The position numbers and the translations under genes are program-made. The notes under the pieces were generated by a model, which saw only the letters and a program-made list of their open reading frames with translations, was not told the origin of the DNA and did no database searches. From a virus, in the IMG/VR virus record IMGVR_UViG_3300032313_000840, positions 1 to 64,000 of that record: a DNA stretch of 64,000 bases. One strand, given 5' to 3'. Shown here piece by piece: positions 39,677-48,665 of the stretch. Numbering within the stretch: the stretch's first letter is position 1; every line of letters starts with the position of its first letter.

Positions 39677-39982
39677 ATGAAGTCTTTTAAAGAATTTCTT
39701 ATTGAATCTTCGGCTGCATGGCAACGCTCAGAGGGCAAAGATCCTGAAGGGGGCCTGAACCGTAAAGGTGTTGCATCTTACCGTAGAGAGAATCCTGGCT
39801 CAAAACTCTCCATGGCCGTGACAACCAAGCCATCCAAGTTAAAGCCAGGATCAAAAGCCGCAAAAAGAAGAAAATCCTTCTGCAGCCGCATGAAGGGTAT
39901 GAAAGCTAAACTTACTTCTGCAAAGACCGCAAGAGATCCCGATTCAAGAATCAATAAGTCCTTGCGTAAATGGAATTGTTAA
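39677..39982 (+). CDS. basic internal-protein-like late protein
   Basis: MKSFKEFLIE leader; GGLNRKG..RRKSFCSRM..SRINKSLRKWNC. Confidence 0.75.
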   Translation: MKSFKEFLIESSAAWQRSEGKDPEGGLNRKGVASYRRENPGSKLSMAVTTKPSKLKPGSKAAKRRKSFCSRMKGMKAKLTSAKTARDPDSRINKSLRKWNC

Positions 39983-40230
39983 TTTTTACTTTCTTTGAAG
40001 TAAATTAAAACTTCTGCAATTCCCAAAGCAATTACTGGTAGAAACGTAGCCCCAGCAAACCACCAAAATGGTACGGTATGTTCTACCATTAGACTTCACA
40101 TCCAGTCTTCTTTTTCTTTGTAAGAAAATATTTTATCATTCCTTCGATCATTCCAAAGATCATCAAAGGAAATATAATCATGAAACAAAGAGTGAGTACA
40201 GAAACTCTTTTAAATTCTTCAATGAAAAGA

Positions 40231-40989
40231 TCAATGGATCGCATATGTGTCCAGTTTTAAAGATCCATCTGAATCTTCATAAAGAAATGTGCAGTTGTCT
40301 TTTTCTGTCCAGCAGCCACAGTTGGCATATGTAATATTATTTACAGTATACAACTTAGGTTCGTGCAAATGACCACAGACAACTCCATCATATTTTTTTT
40401 CCTTGGCGTATTTGATAACAACGCTTTCAAAGCTTTCGATAAACTGGGCTGCTCTCTTTACTTTAATCTTCACATACTTTGAGATAGACCAGTATCTCAT
40501 TCCCATCATTCTTCTGCACCAATTGAACCAATCATTGATTTCCAATATTAGTTCATATGCATAATCACCAAGTTTGTAGATATAGGAACTGACAGGAAAC
40601 TTTGTAAGAAAGTCAAACTGATGTCCATGAAGAATAAGAAACTTCTTTCCTGAAGAAGTAGTATATTCTTCTCGTTCACTCAAACTGATATTACCAAAGA
40701 TATGATGGCCTGAAAACTTTGCCATGAACTCATCATGATTTCCATAGATGTAATGAATCTTTGTTCCCTTGCGAGAAAGTTTGAGCAATCTTTCGATCAC
40801 TTCCATATGGTGATTTTGTTTCTCGGCATTCATTGAGAATGCCTGTTTGAATCTCCATATATCGATAATATCTCCCACAAGGAAGATATTATCAAATTCA
40901 TTATTTTTTAGAAAAGCAATAAGAGGCTTTGTCTTTGCTTTCTTGGAAGCCAAATGAAAGTCTGAAAGAAAGACAGTCTTGTAATGCAT
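40231..40989 (-). CDS. calcineurin-like metallophosphoesterase, LpxH-like
   Basis: SDFH, GDIID, GNHD, HGH, GHLH, NCGCW. Confidence 0.88.
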   Translation of the reverse strand: MHYKTVFLSDFHLASKKAKTKPLIAFLKNNEFDNIFLVGDIIDIWRFKQAFSMNAEKQNHHMEVIERLLKLSRKGTKIHYIYGNHDEFMAKFSGHHIFGNISLSEREEYTTSSGKKFLILHGHQFDFLTKFPVSSYIYKLGDYAYELILEINDWFNWCRRMMGMRYWSISKYVKIKVKRAAQFIESFESVVIKYAKEKKYDGVVCGHLHEPKLYTVNNITYANCGCWTEKDNCTFLYEDSDGSLKLDTYAIH

Positions 40990-40998
40990 TTCTAATAT

Positions 40999-41433
40999 TT
41001 ATCGCCGTCTAGAGAATGCAACCACGGAAGCCATCGCTACAAGCAATCCAATTCCCGGAGCAGGGACATGAGGATGGGGATCGTCAGTGAGTTCTTCAGG
41101 CACAAGATTCATGCAGACGTTTTCAATGCGGTCATACTGAATCGGAATAGTAAAGTCTTGGTCAACCATCTGAATGGTCTTGACAAGATTGCCATTGTTG
41201 TAAATCTTGTAGATCCAATAGCCTTCAGCCCTACCCATGAATAGATTGTTTCCAATAATCAACACTGGAACCGTAGGTAGATTGATTGCTTCCGTAGTCG
41301 GCACAGGCATTGTATAAGACAAATCAAAAGTCAGAGGCTTATCAAAGTGTTCTCCAAGATAAGTCGAACCCTGATAAACGGAACGGTCAATAACCTGACC
41401 GGACATATAAAGAGTAGAAACAGAAGTAATCAT
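40999..41433 (-). CDS. PEP-CTERM-like (VPAPG) sorting-domain protein
   Basis: C-terminus HVPAPGIGLLVAMASVVAFSRRR. Confidence 0.75.
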   Translation of the reverse strand: MITSVSTLYMSGQVIDRSVYQGSTYLGEHFDKPLTFDLSYTMPVPTTEAINLPTVPVLIIGNNLFMGRAEGYWIYKIYNNGNLVKTIQMVDQDFTIPIQYDRIENVCMNLVPEELTDDPHPHVPAPGIGLLVAMASVVAFSRRR

Positions 41434-41469
41434 ATTTTATTATACCTTAATAAAGAAGACAGTCAAGTA

Positions 41470-42072
41470 TCAATTAAAGAACTTTTCCAAAGAGTTATTC
41501 TCTACAGTTTGTACAGATTTAATTTCACTGATAAACCTGTCAATCGTATAAGATTTGGACAATTCCATGTGATCGTCAATTCCAAAAGTAATTAAAGGAC
41601 AGAAAAAATTATAGATATCATTTTTAACCATTTGATCGAATTGATCTATGACTTTATCAATAATTTTTTTGGGCATCAATAAATTGTTTTCTCTTTTCAA
41701 AGTGAAAACCATCAGATATCCCAATTTATATTCATTGTCATAATGTTTTACATCAATGGCAGAACCAATAGCCTCTTCTATTCTGTTTCCTATATTTCTT
41801 TTTAAATTTCCGTATGGGCTTGAGTTTTTATGGGCCGTTAAAATAAACTGAGATTGCTGTTGTGTTGCAATAGTCTTATACTCTATTGCAACTTTTTTCA
41901 ATGGGAAATGAATATCCCATTTTTTTGATCCTCTATACAATGTTTTTATTTTATCTTCAGTAATTGAATTGCAGTTTACTTCTCTGTGTAAATGTGAATT
42001 GAGAGAGTTAAAATGTTTATTGCTAGTAACACGGACCTGAGTCCAATAATCATTTAAAAAACTCAGGTCCAT
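41470..42072 (-). CDS. PaeR7I/XhoI-like type II restriction endonuclease homologue
   Basis: YRGSKKWD..VAIEYKT..GNRIEEAIGSAID..LGYLM. Confidence 0.65.
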   Translation of the reverse strand: MDLSFLNDYWTQVRVTSNKHFNSLNSHLHREVNCNSITEDKIKTLYRGSKKWDIHFPLKKVAIEYKTIATQQQSQFILTAHKNSSPYGNLKRNIGNRIEEAIGSAIDVKHYDNEYKLGYLMVFTLKRENNLLMPKKIIDKVIDQFDQMVKNDIYNFFCPLITFGIDDHMELSKSYTIDRFISEIKSVQTVENNSLEKFFN

Positions 42073-42075
42073 AAT

Positions 42076-42459
42076 TTATTCCATATCCGTTTTGCGAAAC
42101 TGATTATTATTGTCGTCAGCTTCCCAAACCATCCCGTCCATTTCATTATTGTCATTGGGTCCAAAGAATCCCAATGCGTTGTCTATATCTGCCTTATCGT
42201 CCAAAGCCTGCTGCTGCTTCATCTTCTCCATGCGCTCCGGTGTACGGAACTTCTTCATGAAGTCACACTTGCAATGGTCAAACTCACGATCATCAGCGTG
42301 AATGAGAAGCCCGTCCCATTCATTGCACCAATGCCATCCATCGTCAAGTTCCTGTGCGGTCAGCATGACGCTCTCATCGCCATTAAAGGGCTGCATGAGG
42401 TAGTTCCAACGCTCTTGAGTCATTTTGTGTTTGTCAATCATTGGAAAATTACTTTCCAA
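42076..42459 (-). CDS. hypothetical protein
   Basis: LTAQELDDGWHWCNEWDGLLI. Confidence 0.6.
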   Translation of the reverse strand: MESNFPMIDKHKMTQERWNYLMQPFNGDESVMLTAQELDDGWHWCNEWDGLLIHADDREFDHCKCDFMKKFRTPERMEKMKQQQALDDKADIDNALGFFGPNDNNEMDGMVWEADDNNNQFRKTDME

Positions 42460-42631
42460 AAGTAATGGTGATCTTCTCAGCCAATTGAACGCACAGCATC
42501 ATCATCATGAATGCCGTCCCAAGAAACATGACGGTGACGGCAACATCCACGAGGAAGCCCAACACACCCTGTTCGGGAAAGAGGCTGAGGGTTTTGGTGA
42601 CGGTCTTGGTGTTCTTTTTCTTGGTAGCCAT
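42449..42631 (-). CDS. small membrane protein
   Basis: Basic N-terminus plus TM helix. Confidence 0.5.
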   Translation of the reverse strand: MATKKKNTKTVTKTLSLFPEQGVLGFLVDVAVTVMFLGTAFMMMMLCVQLAEKITITFGK

Positions 42632-42633
42632 GT

Positions 42634-42864
42634 TTATTTCTTTTCTGAATGATTGATAAAGTCGGTTTCGTGCTTGAGGAAATCATCTTCAACCACATAG
42701 ATGTTATGCGAGATCTTGTCCAACATATCTTGAATCTCAACCTGCGAGATGGTTCCATCCATGACATCATTACGCAGAAGATCAATCTGTTCAATGACGA
42801 TGGAAAGTTTTTCCATTGCTTTGAAGAAGCGCTTCGGGCTCTTGGTCTTGGTCTTGGTAGCCAT
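42634..42864 (-). CDS. hypothetical protein
   Basis: AAGGA SD; operon context. Confidence 0.55.
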   Translation of the reverse strand: MATKTKTKSPKRFFKAMEKLSIVIEQIDLLRNDVMDGTISQVEIQDMLDKISHNIYVVEDDFLKHETDFINHSEKK

Positions 42865-42865
42865 G

Positions 42866-43129
42866 TTAGTCCTTGTTGTATTCCTGATTGGTCATACGAT
42901 TGATGCTACGAATATAGCCGTAACGACGACGAGCGCAAGCAACTATGCGCTTGTATTCCTTGGCGGTGCAGTAGAAGTGAAGGTCGAATGCCTTGCCTCC
43001 AATCATCATACCGGAGCCAACGAACATTCGACTGTAACGCTTTTCCAACCCACGGGAAATTTCAAAATAGTTTCCACGGTTGTACTGGAAAAAGTAGTGG
43101 TACTTGGGTTCTTTCTTGGTCTTAAGCAT
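42866..43129 (-). CDS. hypothetical basic protein
   Basis: AAGGAG SD before MLKTKK at 43129. Confidence 0.55.
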   Translation of the reverse strand: MLKTKKEPKYHYFFQYNRGNYFEISRGLEKRYSRMFVGSGMMIGGKAFDLHFYCTAKEYKRIVACARRRYGYIRSINRMTNQEYNKD

Positions 43130-43310
43130 TGTTGTTCTCCTTGTAGCAGTCCCAGCCGCGCACTGCTGCAGTCTCGCGGGGCGTATTACCAGTATCCAAG
43201 CCCTGCCAAACGCACACCTCCCGGCGAGCCTCATCGCGTTCAGCACGGAGTTGTTCAATTTCGTCAGCGATCTGTTGACCAGTAGTAGGTGGTTTGATTC
43301 TCATGCCCAT
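43122..43310 (-). CDS. hypothetical protein
   Basis: ADEIEQLRAERDEARREVC..RGWDCY pattern. Confidence 0.6.
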   Translation of the reverse strand: MGMRIKPPTTGQQIADEIEQLRAERDEARREVCVWQGLDTGNTPRETAAVRGWDCYKENNNA

Positions 43311-43361
43311 AGTATAGCCCTTACCCAGCCGAAGTCAAGCAAGAGAGTGATAAATATCTAC

Positions 43362-43766
43362 ATGAAAAGTTTTAAACAATTTTTGCTTGAATCAACCAAT
43401 CTCTACGAAGAGAAGGATGCCTGCTACCGCCAAGCCATGAAGTCATACGGCAAGTGGTCAGCAAGAGCAGCCCAAGCCACCGCCAAGTGCCGCAAGGCCA
43501 AGGGTGATGTACGCAAGAGCAAGGAAGGGGCCAACCTCAAGCGTTGGGAGAAGGAAGATTGGAAGGATACCAAGTCAGGCAAAGATTGTGGTGCAGGGGG
43601 CAAGAATGAGTATTGCAGACCCACCAAGCGGGTCAGCAAAGAAACCCCCAAGACACGATCAGAGATGTCATCAAAAGAGTTGAAGAGCAAGAAGGCCGAG
43701 AAGTCAAGAGTGGGAATGCATGGGGCATCAGGAAAGAAAGTCTCACCAACAAAGAGAAGCACATGA
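43362..43766 (+). CDS. basic internal-protein-like late protein
   Basis: ATAAATA 5 nt before ATG 43362; MKSFKQFLLE; DACY..WSARAAQ..LKRWEKEDW..YCRP. Confidence 0.75.
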   Translation: MKSFKQFLLESTNLYEEKDACYRQAMKSYGKWSARAAQATAKCRKAKGDVRKSKEGANLKRWEKEDWKDTKSGKDCGAGGKNEYCRPTKRVSKETPKTRSEMSSKELKSKKAEKSRVGMHGASGKKVSPTKRST

Positions 43767-44308
43767 AGAAATTTAAAGAATTTTTAAGTGAGGATGCACA
43801 GGAGTTCTCATCAGCCGGAACCAGCATCAACAAGAACAAACTTCCAACTGGCTACTCAACTGTGCATAAGAAGATTGGCTGGCAGAAGGGGACTACCCAC
43901 ATTGATATTGGTGGGGGTAAGTTTGACAATGGTGTAGAATTTTTACAAAATTTGGGAGTGAATGCTCATGTCTACGATCCCTACAACCGCCCAGCAGAAC
44001 ACAATCAGAAGGTCATGGAGACTGTAGGGAAAGAAGGGGCAGATACCGCATCTCTCTTCAATGTTCTGAATGTCATCAAGGAACCCGAATACCGCCATGA
44101 GGCTCTGAAAACTGCACATAGCACACTCAAGCCCGGTGGAAAAATATTCATTTCAATCTACGAAGGCGACAAGTCAGGCCAAGGAAAGAAAACCAAGAAA
44201 GATTCGTGGCAGAACAACGCCCCAACACAAGCATACCTAGAAGATGTAAGAAAGGTGTTTCCTAATGCAACAATGCAGCATGGAATCATACACGGAGTCA
44301 AACAATGA
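43763..44308 (+). CDS. class I SAM-dependent methyltransferase-like protein with internal-protein-like leader
   Basis: MKKFKEFLSE; IDIGGG, YDPY, NVLNVI, LKPGG. Confidence 0.78.
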   Translation: MKKFKEFLSEDAQEFSSAGTSINKNKLPTGYSTVHKKIGWQKGTTHIDIGGGKFDNGVEFLQNLGVNAHVYDPYNRPAEHNQKVMETVGKEGADTASLFNVLNVIKEPEYRHEALKTAHSTLKPGGKIFISIYEGDKSGQGKKTKKDSWQNNAPTQAYLEDVRKVFPNATMQHGIIHGVKQ

Positions 44309-44478
44309 AGAAATTTAAAGAATTCTTAGAAAATTTTGAAGCATACATGGATAAGCCAAAGGGAAAGGGTTGGAGAAGTGCAAAATCAAAGATTGCACCA
44401 ACCACAGAGATTACATCTCAAGAGGACACCTCTCAAGAAGAGATAGCCAATGGATTGGACATGGAAGGTACGAAGTAA
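44305..44478 (+). CDS. small protein with internal-protein-like leader (not in ORF track)
   Basis: MKKFKEFLENFEAYMDKPKGKGWRSAKSK..., 57 aa. Confidence 0.55.
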   Translation: MKKFKEFLENFEAYMDKPKGKGWRSAKSKIAPTTEITSQEDTSQEEIANGLDMEGTK

Positions 44479-44482
44479 GCGA

Positions 44483-45022
44483 TTATCTTTCCCAATAGAC
44501 TGTCTCGCCTCTTTCGTAAAATTTTAAATTATTCTTGGAATCTTCTTTCACGAAGTGCTTATCCTTCACCGTGAAGTGATTATTGGGAACAAGGGCAAAG
44601 TACCCACAGTCAAGCGTTATCAGACTCAAGGGCTTGTGTTCGGCTGGGTAGCGGGAATATCCGTCCTCCCAGTCGATTATTATTCCAGTATGTCTACCAT
44701 TCAACCCCGTATGAAAGACACTCACAGGTAGCCCCTCCAAGTAGGTTGTCATAAAAGTTTCAATATTATTGCCCATTCCACCCCAAGGTTGAATATTAGC
44801 ATTACTGTTATTATCAAAGACAGCAGTAGTGGACAAGGCACAAAGGGGAAGACCAGACCAATGTGCGCCAGATTCAAGAAGCACATGGCAGTATATTAAC
44901 TGACCCGGACGAGAATATACACCATGCCATATAGCAGGAGTATATCCATCAGGCATATTAGGTCCAAGAAAAGAATTTTTAACATTTACATATAAATGAT
45001 ATGGTAAAGTAGCATTTCTCAT
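44483..45022 (-). CDS. hypothetical protein
   Basis: CHVLLESGAHWSGLPL..QPW; probable start MRNATL. Confidence 0.65.
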   Translation of the reverse strand: MRNATLPYHLYVNVKNSFLGPNMPDGYTPAIWHGVYSRPGQLIYCHVLLESGAHWSGLPLCALSTTAVFDNNSNANIQPWGGMGNNIETFMTTYLEGLPVSVFHTGLNGRHTGIIIDWEDGYSRYPAEHKPLSLITLDCGYFALVPNNHFTVKDKHFVKEDSKNNLKFYERGETVYWER

Positions 45023-45070
45023 TATAAAGAAATATACAATAAAATACAAGAAAGTCAATGAACAAAGAGA

Positions 45071-45920
45071 GGGATATACAGGGGGGTAAAGGTGGGGGAG
45101 AGTGGGAGTGTGTGGGGTAAAGAAATTTTAAGAATATTTTGAGAAGATTGAGTTAGACCCCATCCCTCAAAGCCCCTTCGTTTGCCCTTTAACGCCCTTT
45201 AGAGCCCTTTTAAGCCCTTCAAGGCCCCTAGAGAGCCTTTAAAGCCCGTTCGCCTATAAGGCATTCTAGCCTGTCAAGCAATTCTTAGAGATATTATACA
45301 ATTTTTAAGAAATTTTAGACAATTATAGAAACCGTCCATACAATCCTAGATACCGTCCAGGCAATCCAGGCTCTGTCCAGCTCAATCCCGTCCAAGGGGA
45401 GAGCAATTATTATAATTTCCAGAATACCGTCCTATATCCCGTCCAGACCATGTCCTGGTGTGTGCCATACGGTATACCCCCAGGAACCCCTGATAGTAGC
45501 CAGGATTTTCAGAAATTTTTGAATCCTGTCCTGAATCCCGTCCGCTAATATTTTCAATTTTATTTGAAACTTCCAAGGGACGGATAACCATGGCACCGGC
45601 CAGACCGATAACCACGAGTCCGATAAGTATAGCACCGATAACGGTCAACGTCCGATAACCCCCTGCCTCACATCTGACGATTATAGGACACAGAGGCTGG
45701 GGGGTTATCGGTCGCATGAACAGTCTGATAACTATACACCAGATCTGGGGGTAGTCAAGTACTAGACCACAAGTCCGATAAGACGTCTGAGCTGGAGCTC
45801 CTGGATCCAGGAACCCGGTCCAGTGAATTAATTAAATTATTATTCTGTCCCAGAGACGCTCGCCGGCCTCTCCCAGCTCCAGCTGCACGCCGTCCCGTCC
45901 AGACTGCTAATATCGCCCCG
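45071..45920. repeat. non-coding repeat-rich region: G-tracts, phased GCCCTT repeats, oriented GTCC and CCGATAA repeats (candidate origin/terminus)
   Basis: Repeats read directly; no convincing ORF. Confidence 0.6.
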
Positions 45921-45924
45921 TCCA

Positions 45925-45985
45925 GACTACTATCAGGGGACGCGGAAATAAATCAAATTTCCTCGGAGGAAATTTGATAGTAGTC
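45925..45985. repeat. palindromic cassette-boundary element, copy 1
   Basis: GACTACTATCA..ATCAAATTTCCTC-G-GAGGAAATTTGAT-AGTAGTC. Confidence 0.8.
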
Positions 45986-46057
45986 CAGGTACACAGCCAC
46001 CCAGGACTGGCTCTCTCCTTCCAGTCCTGGGCGACCATGTATGAATTAAAAACGATC

Positions 46058-48235
46058 TTACCTGCCCTTGCGATCCCGGAACTTCATGCCCTCCGGGAAG
46101 CAGGGGAGTCCGTAGATCCCGGAGTCCATCTTGCGGATGGGCTGACCCGCCACGATGTCCACATACCGGGTGAGGAACACGCGGCTACCTGCCCGCTTGC
46201 CCATCGTCTTGATGAACTGGTTCTTCACCTTGGTGAAGTTACCTCCGGTGGCAATCGCCTCCTCGTCCTTGACGGGCTTCGGGGTCTGAATGAGGAAGTA
46301 CGAATCGTAGCCGGGGAAGGTATCTTCGTGCAGGACGAGGCATCCCTCCTTGAACGCTTCAGCCGCAGCCTTGTACCGCTCCGAATCTCCAACGGTCACA
46401 CCACCCTTGTAGTGATGGGAGATCGAATCGGCATTCTTCTGCTTCTCCTGTTCGCTCAAGCAGAACTGCTCAAAGCAGCGTTCCGTCAGGATACGAGTGG
46501 GCATCACATACATTCCAACGCATCGGGCGTTCAACTTGGTGCGGAGCGAATTGAGCATGGCGCAGATGACGCCATCGGGCAGATTCGTCCTGCCGTTCTT
46601 GTTGTCGATGACGGTGACCGTATCAAGGATCTCGTTCGTCACGGTGAGGGAAGTACCTTCGCCGTACCAGTAGACTCCATCCTCCTTGGAGGTGCTGATG
46701 TGGTTGGGGCAACCGTCCGTCACGACCATGATCGTGGGGATCTGAATGTTGTTCTCCTGCACCCATCCCGCCATAAACTGGGAAGTGAGGGCAATGCACT
46801 CCACCGTGGGCGTACCGTTCAGGGTGAGGTAACGGGAAGTGGGGCGGGTCTGCTGCACATAGGTTTCGTAGATGTACGCACACAGACGCTCACGCTTGGC
46901 CGCATCGTCCTTGGAGGAGGCAATGTTCAGCAGCCTAGCCGTCCCGATGTGCATACCCGTGGGGCAGTCACGATTCAAAGCCTGCGCGCACCATTCACGG
47001 TCGAACTCGTAGGAGAACTTGTCGGGGTTTTGCTTCCTCCATGCATCACACGCAGCCTGATACTCGGGATCAAGGTTGCCGTAGACATCGGTGTAGCCGA
47101 ACACCTCAAACGGGATCTTCGCCTTCTCGCAGAACCACACCAACTGGAGAACCTGAAGGTAGGCGTGGCCGATGGTCTGACCCATGCTGCCGCTGAAGTC
47201 AAGCATGAACACGATGCCGTGGTTCTTGCCGTCCTGCTTGACGATCTTCGACAGGAAGATATCGTCATGGGTGCGGTACTGGTGGAGGCGGTCAAGGTTC
47301 AGCATCCCGGTCTGCTTCGGACGCTCACGGCGGATCTCGTCCGCAGCCTTCTTGCGCTCAAACTGCGCGGCCATCTGACGGACGAACGCATCGGACTCAC
47401 GGACGAACTGGCGGTACTCCTCAAGGAGCAGCGGCCTGTTGCTGTTGCCCTCGTAGTCGTTGAGGATGGTTTCCGTGCTGATGATGTGCTTGGACAGATC
47501 CTTGACCCCGGTGATGGTGACCACCGCGTCCTGATACTGCGAACCGTCCTTGCGGCGGAAGTCACCGGGGACATCGTTCTTGTCGCCCATGATCTTGTCC
47601 TGCTCCTTCTCACCCTGCTTGCCACCCTTGGCAGCAGCAGCCTCCATCTCCTCGCGCATCTTCTTCATGGAGGGGTGGTCGTACAGGAACTTGGCGACCT
47701 CAAAGACCTGATCGAAATTGACCACACCGTCCACCATGTCCACGACCTCCTGCTCCGTCCCCTCAAAGGTCATGGGGATGAAGCCGGGGATGCCGAACTT
47801 GAAGTGAATGTTGAGACGATTGAGGAACCCGGCCTTCGCCAAGTCCATCTTCTTGAAGCCGAACAGGTCAAGGTCTGCGATCTCCTTGTAGCCAAGGAAG
47901 AAGTCACGGCGAGTGCCGGGGAACTTCTGCTTCATCAACTTCTCGATGCGGACATCTTCGATGATGTTGGCGATCCGCTGAAGGAGCATGGCGTTGTAGC
48001 CGTCCGCCTCCGCAGCCTTCAACAACTCCTCGCTGCGCTCGTAGGGAGTCCACATGGCGTGGCTGATCTCGTGGGCCACGAGCATGGTCTTGACGGTTTC
48101 GGTCACATCCCACATCGGCATGATGAGGTGACGCGACTTGACATCGAACGATGCGGTTTCAGCGTCCTTGGAGAAGGAGAACGAAATGTTCTCGGATGCG
48201 AGAGCCTTGGCAAAGATGGAGAGAGAGGTGTTCAT
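46058..48235 (-). CDS. VWA-domain/HExxH protein, CobT-like partner of the MoxR ATPase
   Basis: AHEISHA, NIIEDVRIE, MIDAS DFSGS, GTPT, VTDG; true start at leaderless ATG 48235. Confidence 0.85.
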   Translation of the reverse strand: MNTSLSIFAKALASENISFSFSKDAETASFDVKSRHLIMPMWDVTETVKTMLVAHEISHAMWTPYERSEELLKAAEADGYNAMLLQRIANIIEDVRIEKLMKQKFPGTRRDFFLGYKEIADLDLFGFKKMDLAKAGFLNRLNIHFKFGIPGFIPMTFEGTEQEVVDMVDGVVNFDQVFEVAKFLYDHPSMKKMREEMEAAAAKGGKQGEKEQDKIMGDKNDVPGDFRRKDGSQYQDAVVTITGVKDLSKHIISTETILNDYEGNSNRPLLLEEYRQFVRESDAFVRQMAAQFERKKAADEIRRERPKQTGMLNLDRLHQYRTHDDIFLSKIVKQDGKNHGIVFMLDFSGSMGQTIGHAYLQVLQLVWFCEKAKIPFEVFGYTDVYGNLDPEYQAACDAWRKQNPDKFSYEFDREWCAQALNRDCPTGMHIGTARLLNIASSKDDAAKRERLCAYIYETYVQQTRPTSRYLTLNGTPTVECIALTSQFMAGWVQENNIQIPTIMVVTDGCPNHISTSKEDGVYWYGEGTSLTVTNEILDTVTVIDNKNGRTNLPDGVICAMLNSLRTKLNARCVGMYVMPTRILTERCFEQFCLSEQEKQKNADSISHHYKGGVTVGDSERYKAAAEAFKEGCLVLHEDTFPGYDSYFLIQTPKPVKDEEAIATGGNFTKVKNQFIKTMGKRAGSRVFLTRYVDIVAGQPIRKMDSGIYGLPCFPEGMKFRDRKGR

Positions 48236-48291
48236 GCGCACATTGTAACCGATGCGGGGGAAGAAGTCAACCCACAAACAAAGTTTATTTT

Positions 48292-48372
48292 GCGTCCCAT
48301 AACGTCCTGTCTGGCTACTATCAGGGCGTCCAATAAAATCAGAAAGCCCAGACGGGCTTTCTGATAGTAGCT
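48292..48372. repeat. palindromic cassette-boundary element, copy 2
   Basis: GCGTCCCATAACGTCC..GGCTACTATCAG..ATCAGAAAGCCC-AGAC-GGGCTTTCTGAT-AGTAGC. Confidence 0.85.
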
Positions 48373-48421
48373 CACAGATGCTGCCTCTCCCCCCGCAAGG
48401 GGGGGAGAGGCATGAACAGCA

Positions 48422-48643
48422 TCAGACGGTGACGGGAGCAATCAGAGGCGTCAGATCGTAGACGCCCTTGCTGTCCGTCTTGCAGTCCTTCAGCACCCAA
48501 GTCGGGATGCCCTTCATGTTGATGGACTGTGCGACTGCGAGGAGGTCGGCCTTGCTGAAGTTGTTGGTGTTACCGCCGTGAACGGTATCCGCGAACTGCT
48601 TGGCTGCGGCGACGAAACGATTGCGCTTGTTGAGGTATGGCAT
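48422..48643 (-). CDS. hypothetical early protein
   Basis: ORF downstream of the CobS-like gene, followed by a GC hairpin; IPTWV motif echoes the LPAWL of the CobS N-terminus. Confidence 0.6.
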   Translation of the reverse strand: MPYLNKRNRFVAAAKQFADTVHGGNTNNFSKADLLAVAQSINMKGIPTWVLKDCKTDSKGVYDLTPLIAPVTV

Positions 48644-48665
48644 TTTCTTTTTCTTTCTTTCTTGG

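Noticed and set aside
43104-43361. N-terminal extensions in the ORF track (also 17909, 43613, 48277, 53626, 54230, 56188)
   Set aside because: They overlap opposite-strand genes or promoters; downstream ATGs fit the promoter spacing
45382-45717. Minus-strand ORFs in the repeat region
   Set aside because: Translations mirror the repeats (VIG/GRD); no start signals
45974-48364. 796-aa plus-strand ORF
   Set aside because: Antisense shadow of the GC-rich VWA gene; no motifs, while the minus strand has the promoter and clear domains
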